Assembly: GCA_937863565.1 (NCBI GenBank)
Contig: CALMGJ010000026.1
Coordinates: 1-38,075, forward strand
Direction of reading: 5' to 3'
Length of the DNA stretch: 38,075 nucleotides
From: an uncultured bacterium
GTDB taxonomy: Bacteria > AUK180
Part shown: positions 16,557-26,351 of the stretch, in pieces
How positions within the stretch are numbered: position 1 is the first letter of the stretch
How the letters are laid out: every line of letters starts with the position of its first letter
Notes under the pieces: generated by a model
The model's input: the letters and a program-made list of their open reading frames with translations, nothing else
What the model was told of the DNA's origin: nothing
Databases searched by the model: none
Translations under genes and position numbers: made by a program

Positions 16557-19520
16557 ATGTTGAAAAAGCGATTGATGACCCTGATCGCCATAATATTGTT
16601 GATACCGGGCATATCCCGGGCCAGGGAGTTCTCTATCGGAGGAAAAGGGCAGATCATGCCCGCTGTCGCCGATGTTGACTATGATGAGATCCCCGAGATC
16701 ATTATCGTCAAGGAGAACGGTGAGGTTTATATTATCAATTCCGAGAACCTGGACACATACTCGTCCTTCTACTATTCGAACTGGACGCGGCAGAAAGATG
16801 TTTTTCTGAATTCAAAGGATGACAGGATATTCGGAGTGAGGATCCCCTTCAAGGGGGAGACCGGTGTGATCTCCGCATTCGTCTTTGACGTGAACGAAGA
16901 CGGCATCGATGATATTATTCTCGGGTTTAAAAGCGGAAGGATCATTGCATTGAATTATTACGGGGTTTCTCAGAGCATCGCGAAGGGAGAGGATCCCGTC
17001 ATCGCCACACACATCATCTGGGAGAACAGACTTGAGGCGGACGAGATCACGGGAGGATTCTCGCTTTTCCAAAGCGGCTCGATTTATCATCTTGCCGTAG
17101 GGTCAAAAACGGAGTATCTCTATTTCATTAATCTGAAGACAGGTATTTTTTCGGGGAAAGTGGACCTTTTCAAGTTCAGCACCGTGCCGGACAGGATGGC
17201 CGTTGAATGCGCGCCTCTCATCATCGATGTGAACGGGGACAGGGTGATGGACATTGTTGCCGCCAGCAACAGCGGATCCGTAACGGCTCTGGACGGCAGA
17301 ACGAAAACAAAAATATGGACCTATACAAAGAAAAATTCTCCTATTCTATTCTCGCCGACATATTTTACCGACCTTTCCGGCCGCAAAATGCTCATCCTTC
17401 CATTCAAGGAATACAGGATCGCTGCCGTGGCGGCTGAAACGGGCAAGGAATTATGGACCCTTAATACAGGCGCTCCGATACTGAGTTCGGTAATAGCCGC
17501 GGATATAGACAAAGATTCGGAACTTGATGCCGTATTCGCTTCCAGCGACGGGAAACTCTATTGTGTGGATGCCGGTAACGGGGCCATCAAGTGGACATAC
17601 GATACGATCAAGGTCCATGCACCCGTTGTGGTTTTTGACTTCAACAAGGATATGTTCCCCGATATCATCCTTTCGAACGAGAACGGGATCATGGAAGTGA
17701 TCAATTCCAAGACCAGGACCCTTCTGCCCAAGTATAAATTCGTCACAAAAGGCGTGCAGACGATCAAAACGCAACCGATCCTCGGGGATTTGAACCGTGA
17801 CGGAATTCTTGATATCGGCGTAAGTTCCAGCGACGGGATGTTCTATTTCTTTTCTGATCCCGAGAATTATGAGATCGAGGAAGGGCAGCTTCTTAACGTG
17901 GCCGAGAAGGGCGATGTTTTCCATACGGGGAATATCCGCGAGAATTCAAAGAACAATGCGAAGATAAACTCGTATCTTCTGAATGCACGGAAAAAACGGT
18001 TTTACAAAGAAGCTCAGGATTTTCTCAATACCGAGAACATAACGAACGCGGCCGTATATTTTAAAAAAGTTATAAATATTGATCCCGAATACGAGGATGC
18101 CGCGGCGCAGTTCGGCAAGATCAAGGATAAATTTCTCTCCTATGAATACACTGCCTATGTAGATGCGTTGAAGAACGATGACTTGAAGAAGGCGATCAAG
18201 ATCTTGACCGAGGTAGAAAACACGTCCGCCGACTTTGATAAGATCCCCGAGATGAAAACCATGCTCGAGAAGAAAAAGGAGGATTTTAAGAAGGCCGATG
18301 AGATCTTCGCTGAAGGCAAGAAAGAGATAGAAAAGGGACAGATCGTATCCGGATATGAAAAGGTGGAAAAGGCCAAAGCGCTCAACACGACGAACAGAGC
18401 GTACGATAAATTGCTTGAGGAATATCAGTACCAGATGACCCTTTACAGGGCTCTTGTAAGCGCCGTCACCGCCAAGAACTGGAAGGCCGCGCAGGATAAT
18501 TTCAAGAAATTGACCGCCAAGGACCCGGATTTTCCCGGCATCGCAACTTATAAGAACCAGATCTTCATAAATAAAAACCTGCCTCTTTTTATAATCGGCG
18601 CTGTACTGCTTGTTGCTGCATCCATAGGGATCACGATCGCGATAAAGAAAAAGAAAAAACTTACCGAAGAGATGCTAAAACAGAAAGTGATCGAAAGCAA
18701 GGTCGAGATAGCATCCGATACTCACTTCGAGGAATCTGCAGAAACGGAAGAGGGGGCCGCAGGCTACGGCGGCGGGCTCAGTGTGGACCATCTTGATGCG
18801 CATGGAATAGATCTTGCCGCACCCGGGCAGCAGGAAGTTCCCGCAAGCGAGCCGGACAGTTATGTTGAAACGAGCCAGGCGGATGAAGGCGGCATAGAAC
18901 TTGGCGGGATCGATCTCGGGGTCGATCAGCCGGAAAGCGGCGGGCTTCCCGGGATGGCCGAAGAAGGGCTCTCTTCCGATATGGAAGAGCATTGGGGTTC
19001 CGAAAGCGGGTTGGGCGAATCCGGCAGCGATATGGAAACGGAAAACCTTGAGGTTCGGATCAACATGGCGAAACAGATGTATGAAAATGAGAACTTCGAA
19101 GAGGCAAAGGAGGAGTTTGAAAAACTTTCCGAAAAGGAATCCCCGTTCAGGTTCCGGGTGCTGGCATACCTGGGGTTCTGTTATTACGCATTGGGCAATA
19201 CAGACCTCTCCATGGAGGTGATCAAAAAGATCCCTTACCAGAAAGAAGAGATCCCCGTAGAGGAGAGAAAGGAGATCCTTAACATCCTTGCAGACGGTTT
19301 TCTCAAGAATGGTCTGGGTAAACCGGCAATGGGGGTTTTGAAGAAAGTGCTCGAGCTCGCGGATGGGGCGGATAAGAAGAATATCCTCTACAAGATCGGG
19401 TCTTTGAACGTGGAGATGGGAAATAAATCCGAGGCGGTAAAGTATTTCAAGGAACTTTTCCTTATTGATCCGAATTACAAGGATGTGAGTGAAAAACTGG
19501 ATGAACTCGGATTTTCGTAA
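16557..19520 (+). CDS. Large single-pass membrane protein: FG-GAP/PQQ-like beta-propeller, TPRs, TM helix, acidic linker, cytoplasmic TPRs
   Basis: Signal peptide; six or more D.N.DG..D-type repeats (DVNEDGIDD, DVNGDRVMD, DIDKDSELD, DFNKDMFPD, DLNRDGILD); G...W.Y docking motifs; TM LPLFIIGAVLLVAASIGITIAI then KKKKK; E/G/D/S-rich linker; terminal IDPNYKDVSEKL TPR. Confidence 0.8.
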   Translation: MLKKRLMTLIAIILLIPGISRAREFSIGGKGQIMPAVADVDYDEIPEIIIVKENGEVYIINSENLDTYSSFYYSNWTRQKDVFLNSKDDRIFGVRIPFKGETGVISAFVFDVNEDGIDDIILGFKSGRIIALNYYGVSQSIAKGEDPVIATHIIWENRLEADEITGGFSLFQSGSIYHLAVGSKTEYLYFINLKTGIFSGKVDLFKFSTVPDRMAVECAPLIIDVNGDRVMDIVAASNSGSVTALDGRTKTKIWTYTKKNSPILFSPTYFTDLSGRKMLILPFKEYRIAAVAAETGKELWTLNTGAPILSSVIAADIDKDSELDAVFASSDGKLYCVDAGNGAIKWTYDTIKVHAPVVVFDFNKDMFPDIILSNENGIMEVINSKTRTLLPKYKFVTKGVQTIKTQPILGDLNRDGILDIGVSSSDGMFYFFSDPENYEIEEGQLLNVAEKGDVFHTGNIRENSKNNAKINSYLLNARKKRFYKEAQDFLNTENITNAAVYFKKVINIDPEYEDAAAQFGKIKDKFLSYEYTAYVDALKNDDLKKAIKILTEVENTSADFDKIPEMKTMLEKKKEDFKKADEIFAEGKKEIEKGQIVSGYEKVEKAKALNTTNRAYDKLLEEYQYQMTLYRALVSAVTAKNWKAAQDNFKKLTAKDPDFPGIATYKNQIFINKNLPLFIIGAVLLVAASIGITIAIKKKKKLTEEMLKQKVIESKVEIASDTHFEESAETEEGAAGYGGGLSVDHLDAHGIDLAAPGQQEVPASEPDSYVETSQADEGGIELGGIDLGVDQPESGGLPGMAEEGLSSDMEEHWGSESGLGESGSDMETENLEVRINMAKQMYENENFEEAKEEFEKLSEKESPFRFRVLAYLGFCYYALGNTDLSMEVIKKIPYQKEEIPVEERKEILNILADGFLKNGLGKPAMGVLKKVLELADGADKKNILYKIGSLNVEMGNKSEAVKYFKELFLIDPNYKDVSEKLDELGFS

Positions 19521-20253
19521 TCATTACCTCATTAAATGCGCTTATGACGGTTCGGATTTCTACGGATGGGCGATACAGAACGATAAAAGGACCGTGCAGG
19601 GAGAGTTCAAGAAGGCCTTAGATTCCATCTTCGGGGAATACGAATGGTCCGTTGCCGGAAGGACCGACCGCGGCGTTCATGCCAAGGGGCAGGCTGTGGC
19701 GCTTTCCATCGGCTATCCATTCGCAGCTGATAAAGTAAAGGAGATGGTCACAAGAAGGCTTCCCCCGTCCATCCTGGTCGGGACCGTCCGCAAACGTTCC
19801 AGGAAACTTGACGCAAGGAGGGAGGCAGCGTCGAGAACTTACAAGTATTTTATGAAGGATATAAGCATGTTCTCCCCGTTTGAACGCAATTACTGCGTTT
19901 TCGAGGACCTGTCCTCGGTGAACTGGGAGACGGTTAAGCATGGAATGTCGCTTTTTATCGGGGAGCATGATTTCCGCAATTTCTGCAAGGAGGACGATTC
20001 AATAAGATCCTATGTGCGCATAGTATTGTCGTTCGACCTTAAGCTGCGAGACAGAGCGGCCGTGTTCACGATAGAGGCGAATGCCTTTCTTTACAATATG
20101 GTGCGGAAGATAATCGGCGCCCTTCTTCTTGCAGGGCGCGGAGCGATAGAACTTGATACACTGAAGACGATGCTCGACTCTTCGGAAAACAAGCGTTATC
20201 TTATAAAAAAAGCACCACCCAACGGTCTTTATTTATGGAAAGTGACTTTTTAA
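19501..20253 (+). CDS. truA: tRNA pseudouridine(38-40) synthase
   Basis: AYDGSDFYGW.IQ..RTVQ, AGRTDRGVHA.GQ, GEHDFRNF, ANAFLYNMVR, APPNGLYL. Start 19501 or 19489. Confidence 0.95.
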   Translation: MNSDFRNHYLIKCAYDGSDFYGWAIQNDKRTVQGEFKKALDSIFGEYEWSVAGRTDRGVHAKGQAVALSIGYPFAADKVKEMVTRRLPPSILVGTVRKRSRKLDARREAASRTYKYFMKDISMFSPFERNYCVFEDLSSVNWETVKHGMSLFIGEHDFRNFCKEDDSIRSYVRIVLSFDLKLRDRAAVFTIEANAFLYNMVRKIIGALLLAGRGAIELDTLKTMLDSSENKRYLIKKAPPNGLYLWKVTF

Positions 20254-21392
20254 AAAAACTTGCCCGAGCAGTACTGAAGAACGAGAGGGCGGCGGCAACA
20301 ACGCTTTATGCCCTGATCGTCCTGACGGGTATCCTTTTTATAATCTCCGGATCGCTCGTCATGATACCCGGAATGATCTTATGCATTGTCGCGTTCTTCC
20401 TGTTCCACCTGTTCCGTTTCAAGCACAAGCGCATCGAGAATAAGTATAATGATCTCATGGAGGAGATCGAGGGTTTCATCAGTGATCTTGAGGCGGGTGC
20501 CTTGAAAAACGATTACCGTCACCTTTCCGGTGTTTCGGCAAAGATCATGGAACTTTCCGCACAGCTTGACGGAGTACAGCGGGATTGCGATTCAAGAAGC
20601 GAAAGGATCCTTTCCCATATCAGGAACTTCTCGAAGAATATTTCAGACAAGATACAATTCATGTCGAGAGAAGAAATGGCCTTTGACTTCGAGGAGGATT
20701 TCTCTGTTGCGGAGATCGAGGAAATAGAGCTGCTTTCCGAAACCAATCTCGCGCTCATAGAGGAGAAGGTCTCGACCCTGACCGAATCGTTCAACGATAA
20801 TTATAACCATTTTGCAAAGATAACGGATTTCATTTCCACCTTGTTCGAGAAAATACTGAATATCGGACAGATCAATCAGATCTTTTTCACTTTGTTCGAT
20901 AATATCAAGCTCGTTTTCATCAATATACAACTGGAAGCCATAAAAAAGGGAAGATCGGCAGAGGAGTTCATGGTCATTGCGGAAGAGCTGAAGAATATTC
21001 AGGAATCGGGAATAAAGAATATCCAGAATCTTAAAGGCGTCACGGAATTTGTGGGCGGAATGCAGGAGATGAACAAAGTGACAGGGGAATTGAAGATCTC
21101 TTATGAGAATCTTCTTCAGATGATCAATTCCTTTAATGTCGATATCGGCGAGCTTCGCGCAAAAGTAGGGGAAAGCGAGGAGGGGAACCGGGAGCTGATA
21201 AAGAAATATAACGGGCTGAAAAATGCCATCTCTGAGATCCGGGAGAAGTGGGTCCGCAATCTTGGAAAGATGAAGGAATGCAGGGAATATGCCGTTCAGT
21301 ACGTGAACAGGGCGAATACGCTCGTTTCCGAGGCCGGCCGGATAAACAATGAGATACTGAGATTATATGAGCTTATAAGGAGTACGGAATGA
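20235..21392 (+). CDS. Degenerate methyl-accepting chemotaxis protein-like membrane coiled-coil protein
   Basis: Two adjacent N-terminal TM helices, long coiled coil, and hairpin-tip-like NIQLEAIKKGRSAEEFMVIAEELKNI (canonical NAAIEAARAGE.GRGFAVVADEVRKL). Confidence 0.55.
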   Translation: MESDFLKKLARAVLKNERAAATTLYALIVLTGILFIISGSLVMIPGMILCIVAFFLFHLFRFKHKRIENKYNDLMEEIEGFISDLEAGALKNDYRHLSGVSAKIMELSAQLDGVQRDCDSRSERILSHIRNFSKNISDKIQFMSREEMAFDFEEDFSVAEIEEIELLSETNLALIEEKVSTLTESFNDNYNHFAKITDFISTLFEKILNIGQINQIFFTLFDNIKLVFINIQLEAIKKGRSAEEFMVIAEELKNIQESGIKNIQNLKGVTEFVGGMQEMNKVTGELKISYENLLQMINSFNVDIGELRAKVGESEEGNRELIKKYNGLKNAISEIREKWVRNLGKMKECREYAVQYVNRANTLVSEAGRINNEILRLYELIRSTE

Positions 21393-22501
21393 AAAAGTTC
21401 TTTTTAACCGTTCTGCTCTGCACAGCGATCCTGTCATACGGCAAACAGCAGATCGTATTCTGGCATGTGTTCGCTGAACCGCTCCGGGGAGGCCTGGAGA
21501 AGCTTGTTGCCGAGTATAATGCTTCCCAGAAAGAGACGGAGATCAAGCTTCTCAGCGTTGACGGCTACGATGAGCTGTTTAAGAAGATCAAGGGACTTTT
21601 CATTTATAAAGCCGCACTGCCCGATATCTTTCTCGGTTACTCATCCTGGCTTTCTCAGATCCCCGTAGACAGATTAATGGTCTGCGGAGATATACTTTCG
21701 AAGGATATTTCGGGAAGAATGAACGAACAGCTTCTCATCGATGCTCAATACGCCGGAAAGCAGTACGGTCTTCCTTTCAATAAGAGCATACTCATGATGT
21801 ACGCTAATGAAGATATTCTGAAAAAGGCCGGTATCGATCTCGGAACGGCAAGGGCGGAAGACCTTTATTCCATACTTGAACAGATCCGGAAGAAAACTGG
21901 AAAGACCCCGCTCGCGTATAATGGAGGGGTGTGGTTCTTTCAGAATATGCTGGCCAATATGGGGGGGCGGGACCCTTGCGATTTTAAAAGCGAGGCGGGC
22001 GTGAAGGTCCTTGACTGGATAAGGACCGGTTTTAAAAAGAAGCTCATATATATAAGAAGCGGATTTTCCTTTCAGGACCTCTGGACATCTCAGGAAGCGG
22101 CTATCGTGTTCAGTTCGATCGTTTCTCTCCAGTATATGAAGGATAAGATATCATTTTCGTACAAAAGATACAATTTCCTGAAAAGCGATGACGGCATCAC
22201 AAGGTCCGTGCTGGCCGGTTCCAATCTATATGTCTCAAAGGACGCGGCAAAAATAAAATATATTTCCGATTTTGTAAACTGGCTGTACTCCAAGGGAAAA
22301 TTGGAAGAATGGATCTATGCCAATGATTACCTTCCTCTCTCTCCGGAAGATAAGGGCGGAGACATTTATAAGGACCTTAATCTTCTATCCGAACCGAATG
22401 ACGATAATTGGTTCATCTTGAGGCAGAAATATTCGAATGTGATCAAAAGTTCCATAGCAACAGGTGAATCCTCAAAAGCGCTTCTTGATGCCATTGATTA
22501 A
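21389..22501 (+). CDS. ABC transporter extracellular solute-binding protein (UgpB/family 1-like)
   Basis: Signal peptide; IVFWH, LVAEYNASQ, LPDI, GKQYGLPFNKS...MYANEDILKKAG, GSNLYV, YLP. Confidence 0.8.
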   Translation: MKKFFLTVLLCTAILSYGKQQIVFWHVFAEPLRGGLEKLVAEYNASQKETEIKLLSVDGYDELFKKIKGLFIYKAALPDIFLGYSSWLSQIPVDRLMVCGDILSKDISGRMNEQLLIDAQYAGKQYGLPFNKSILMMYANEDILKKAGIDLGTARAEDLYSILEQIRKKTGKTPLAYNGGVWFFQNMLANMGGRDPCDFKSEAGVKVLDWIRTGFKKKLIYIRSGFSFQDLWTSQEAAIVFSSIVSLQYMKDKISFSYKRYNFLKSDDGITRSVLAGSNLYVSKDAAKIKYISDFVNWLYSKGKLEEWIYANDYLPLSPEDKGGDIYKDLNLLSEPNDDNWFILRQKYSNVIKSSIATGESSKALLDAID

Positions 22502-23882
22502 CCATGCCGGGAAGACCGGCATTTATCTGGCACTTTTTGCTCTTTATTTCTTCTCATTCCCGAACGAGATCATAAAGGAACCCCTTTTTTTTCAGGGGTT
22601 TTTTCCTTTCGTTTACTATTATATCCTATTCAGGAACCTTGAAAAGATAAGGAAACTCCCCTTTTTTATTTTGCATACCGCATTGAATTTTTGTCTTCTT
22701 TCATGGCTCGTGCATACCATACATCAATTCGGCGAAATGTCCATGTTCCTGTCCCTGGGAGGCGTATTCCTTATCTCTCTCTACCTTTCCGTCTATCCGC
22801 TTCTCTTTTTGGACGCGGCGCAAAGGATAAAGCGGTATCCGTTCCTCTTTCCCGTAATATTCACGGTGCTTGAACTCATCCGCGGCTCTTTGTTCACCGG
22901 CTTTGCTTTCAATACGCTCGGATATTCGCTTTACAAACTACGGCTTTTGATCCTGCCGGCCAGGTTCTATACTGTTTACGGTGTCGGATTTTTCGTAGTA
23001 TTGTGTGCGGCTCTCCTTTCCATTAGAAGCCGGAAGAGTTTGATCGCCCTTCTTTTCATGGCAGCTGTTTATTTTATTCCGCTTTTAAAACCGGTTCCGG
23101 TGAAACCTCCCGGGATCAGGATAGCGCTTCTTCAAACCTCTTTCGAACCGGAGGATAAACGGAAGGACCTGTACGGCGTTTTCTATGATTATCATCTTAT
23201 CCCGACGATGAATTTTCTTGACGGCGGCCATGCGCCCGATCTGATCGTATGGTCCGAAACCGCCATGCCGGATGTCTTTTCGGTGATGTCGTCACAGACT
23301 CAGCTTCTGGCTTCGATGTGCAGGCGTTTTGATACTTCGCTCATCAGCGGATGCAGCCTGATAAGGGACGGTAAAGCTTATAATGCCGCTTTCATGATGG
23401 AGACCGGCGGCGAGATCGAAGATTTCTATGCGAAGATGCATCTGGTGCCGTTCGGAGAATTTTTCCCGTTCAAAGAACTACCCTTTTTCAAAAATATTTA
23501 CGGACATTTCCTTGATTTTGAAAGGGGGAAGGACCTGCAGCTTTTTGAAGCGGACGGGGTTCGAGTGTTCACTCCCATTTGCTATGAGATCGCGTTCGGG
23601 AGCATCGTAAGAAAAGCGGTGCGGGCGGGCGCAGAGATCATAGTGAATATATCGAATGACGGGTGGTACGGATACAGTTCAGGCCCGGTTGCCGAAATAC
23701 CGTTCTGTATTTTTCGGGCCATTGAATCGGGAAAATGGGTAATGAGGGCCATTAATCGTGGATGGGGGCTTGTCGTTGCGCCTGACGGCAGGATCATCTG
23801 CAAGAACAAGCCCACGGGATGGGGCTTCATTCTTGTAAATGAAGCAGGTCAAGCAGATTTTTATAGATCAAGAGAGAAGTGA
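22488..23882 (+). CDS. lnt: Apolipoprotein N-acyltransferase
   Basis: TM region with ELIRG.LFTGF...LGYS; nitrilase triad WSETA, YAKMHLVPFGE, ICYE; NISNDGWYG, FRAIE. Start uncertain (22464 or 22488). Confidence 0.9.
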   Translation: MPLINHAGKTGIYLALFALYFFSFPNEIIKEPLFFQGFFPFVYYYILFRNLEKIRKLPFFILHTALNFCLLSWLVHTIHQFGEMSMFLSLGGVFLISLYLSVYPLLFLDAAQRIKRYPFLFPVIFTVLELIRGSLFTGFAFNTLGYSLYKLRLLILPARFYTVYGVGFFVVLCAALLSIRSRKSLIALLFMAAVYFIPLLKPVPVKPPGIRIALLQTSFEPEDKRKDLYGVFYDYHLIPTMNFLDGGHAPDLIVWSETAMPDVFSVMSSQTQLLASMCRRFDTSLISGCSLIRDGKAYNAAFMMETGGEIEDFYAKMHLVPFGEFFPFKELPFFKNIYGHFLDFERGKDLQLFEADGVRVFTPICYEIAFGSIVRKAVRAGAEIIVNISNDGWYGYSSGPVAEIPFCIFRAIESGKWVMRAINRGWGLVVAPDGRIICKNKPTGWGFILVNEAGQADFYRSREK

Positions 23883-24648
23883 GCGTCCCCACGCCGTTCT
23901 TGACCGGCGTCAGCGTTATATCGGAATCCTCAATATCCCCGGTATCAACATCTCCCGTAAATCCCGTTTCAGTTTTATTTATACCCACATCGATAACAAG
24001 CTGACCCGGAGAGAAATGACCGCGTTTGAAAAATCCCGGGCGGCCTATCGCACATATAACGCAATCGGCAGCTTTCGTCAGCGACGCGATATCCGCTGTT
24101 TTCGAGTGGCATATCGTCACCGTTGCATTGATCGAAAGAAGGAGCGGGACGAGCGGTTTCCCTACGCGCACGGAGCGGCCGCAGATCACCGCGTGCTTCC
24201 CGGACATATCGCCTCCGAAGAATTCAGAGGCGATAAGAAAAACGCTTTTTGCCGTGGCCGGAGCGATATCGGTAAAACCCCAGAACAGCGAACCGGCAAG
24301 CCTGTATCCGGAACAGTCCGCGTCCTTGTTCAAAGGCATCCCGGAGGAGACATGCCTGAAATCCAGGTCGGCGGGGTAAGGTGAAAGTGCAATCGCTGAA
24401 ACCGAGGGGTCCCGGTCAATCTTTTTGATAACGGAATCGAAGCCCGCTTTTCCGGAATACCTTTCTATCTTCGCGGGAATACCTAATTTTTTTCCCTTTT
24501 TTACGAGTGAATCCGCATAGTATTCAGCATCCGGGCTTTCCGTACCGAGCAGGATCAGAAGAGAGACCGGCTTCGCGGCCGAGGTTGCCATTCTTCCGAT
24601 CTCTGCGGTCAGGTTGTCTTTAAGTTTTGATATATCGTATGTTTTCAT
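23827..24648 (-). CDS. folD: Methylenetetrahydrofolate dehydrogenase (FolD family), divergent
   Basis: KDAD, PATA, GKHAVICGRSVRVGKP, ATVTICHSKT, AIGRPG, VIDVGIN, GDVD, TPV.NGVG.LT. Confidence 0.9.
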   Translation of the reverse strand: MKTYDISKLKDNLTAEIGRMATSAAKPVSLLILLGTESPDAEYYADSLVKKGKKLGIPAKIERYSGKAGFDSVIKKIDRDPSVSAIALSPYPADLDFRHVSSGMPLNKDADCSGYRLAGSLFWGFTDIAPATAKSVFLIASEFFGGDMSGKHAVICGRSVRVGKPLVPLLLSINATVTICHSKTADIASLTKAADCVICAIGRPGFFKRGHFSPGQLVIDVGINKTETGFTGDVDTGDIEDSDITLTPVKNGVGTLTSLLIYKNLLDLLHLQE

Positions 24649-24651
24649 GTT

Positions 24652-25500
24652 TTAAACGAGTATTTTCAAAGCCTTATCCAGTAAAGTCATTTTAAATCCC
24701 GATGTCGAGAAAAGGTCTCCGTCCTTCTGAAAATAGAGTTGTTCCGCGCCCTTGTATTCAACTACCCTGCACGAATATATATGCACATGTTTATTGTGAA
24801 TATGTGTCCCGAAATAGATCGTGGGAAATATTGTGATGAGTTCGAGTTTAGGAGCTCCGCTTACAAGGACGATCTCCATTTTACCGTCGTCCAGCTCGGA
24901 GTTTGGAGAGACCTTCATCTTATTCCCGAAATATTTTCCGTTGGAAAATAAAATAAGTGACACATCCTGATACTGCTTTCTGCTGCCGTCAACGGTGAGT
25001 TCGATATCGAAGGGTTTGTGTTTGAGCACCGATTTGTAGAAGCCGCCGAGGTAATTCCGCTCTTTTTTGATAAGCATGATCACTTCGCTGTCAATGCCCG
25101 TTCCCATCGAATTAAGAAAAAAACTGTCATTGACCTTTATCACATCGATGGGCCTTTCTTTTTTCAGATGCATGCTTCTGAGGATCGCGAACGGCGTGCC
25201 TCTGAACTTGAGCGTTCGGGCAAAATCGTTCCCTGAGCCCATCGGGATGATTCCGAGAGCCGATTCGCCGCCGATAATGCCGTGCAGTATCTCGTTGAGC
25301 GTACCGTCACCCCCTACAGAGACGATCTTGCCTATACCGCTTTTCATCGCCTTATAAGCTATCTCCGCGGCATGGAAAACCCCTTTTGTTATCTCTATGT
25401 TCGCTTCATCGCGGAACTGGTATTTGATGATATGGAGCACCCTGTTGAGATTGGACTTTATCTTCAGGAGTTTGGCGTTCGGATTGATGATGAATTTCAT
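24652..25500 (-). CDS. Diacylglycerol kinase family (YegS/DgkB-like) lipid kinase
   Basis: IINPNA, VGGDGTLNE, LGIIPMGSGNDFAR, G.GIDSEV, NGKYFG, LDDG, DGD. Confidence 0.9.
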   Translation of the reverse strand: MKFIINPNAKLLKIKSNLNRVLHIIKYQFRDEANIEITKGVFHAAEIAYKAMKSGIGKIVSVGGDGTLNEILHGIIGGESALGIIPMGSGNDFARTLKFRGTPFAILRSMHLKKERPIDVIKVNDSFFLNSMGTGIDSEVIMLIKKERNYLGGFYKSVLKHKPFDIELTVDGSRKQYQDVSLILFSNGKYFGNKMKVSPNSELDDGKMEIVLVSGAPKLELITIFPTIYFGTHIHNKHVHIYSCRVVEYKGAEQLYFQKDGDLFSTSGFKMTLLDKALKILV

Positions 25501-26351
25501 TTCAAGAGACCGGCAACATCCTGAGGCAGGGCCGCGACGGGAATACCCATTCCCAAGAGCGCTTCTATCTTGGCCTGAGCGGTGTCGGAACTGCCGGAGA
25601 TGATCGCGCCCGCATGTCCCATCTTCTTACCGGCAGGTGCCGATTTTCCTGCAATGAAGGCACAGGCCGGTTTTTTCAATTCTTCTTTAATGAATTGAGC
25701 CGCTTCAATCTCGTCATTGCCGCCTATCTCTCCGATGATCACGACCGAATCCGTTTTTTTATCGTTTTTGAATTTTTCAAGAAGGTCTAAAAACCTGCTG
25801 CCGATTATCGGGTCTCCGCCGATACCTATAACCGTGGACTGACCGATGCCTTTTTCTGTAAGGGCATAAACAACCTCATAGGTCAGAGTACCGCTTCTGG
25901 AGATGACGCCCACATTCCCCTTTTTGAAGATACTGCCGGGAAGGATGCCTATCTTCGCCTCCCCCGGAGTTATGATGCCGGGACAGTTCGGGCCTATTAT
26001 AGTAATGCCGCGGCCTTTGATGTGATTTTTTACTTTCATCATCTCAAGAGTGGGGATGCCTTCGGTTATAACGGTTATCAGTTTTATCCCGGCTTCCACT
26101 GATTCCCAAAGAGCATCTACGGCGAAGGCGGGGGGAACGAATATGCATGCGGCATCAGGCTTCATCTCCATCGCATCCGATACCGTATCGAATACCGGAA
26201 CTCCGTTCATCTTTTGTCCGCCCTTTCCCGGTGTTACGCCTGCGATCACCTTTGTGCCGTACTCCATCATCATCTTTGTATGGAAGGAACCGTCTCTTCC
26301 CGTTATCCCCTGCACGAGCACCCTTGTTTTCTTATCCAGCAATATGCTCAT
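25497..26351 (-). CDS. sucD: Succinyl-CoA synthetase alpha subunit
   Basis: MSILL..TRVLVQGITG, GVTPGKGG, ITEGIP, IGPNCPG, SRSGTLTYE, GIGGDP, MGHAGA (phospho-His). Confidence 0.97.
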   Translation of the reverse strand: MSILLDKKTRVLVQGITGRDGSFHTKMMMEYGTKVIAGVTPGKGGQKMNGVPVFDTVSDAMEMKPDAACIFVPPAFAVDALWESVEAGIKLITVITEGIPTLEMMKVKNHIKGRGITIIGPNCPGIITPGEAKIGILPGSIFKKGNVGVISRSGTLTYEVVYALTEKGIGQSTVIGIGGDPIIGSRFLDLLEKFKNDKKTDSVVIIGEIGGNDEIEAAQFIKEELKKPACAFIAGKSAPAGKKMGHAGAIISGSSDTAQAKIEALLGMGIPVAALPQDVAGLLK

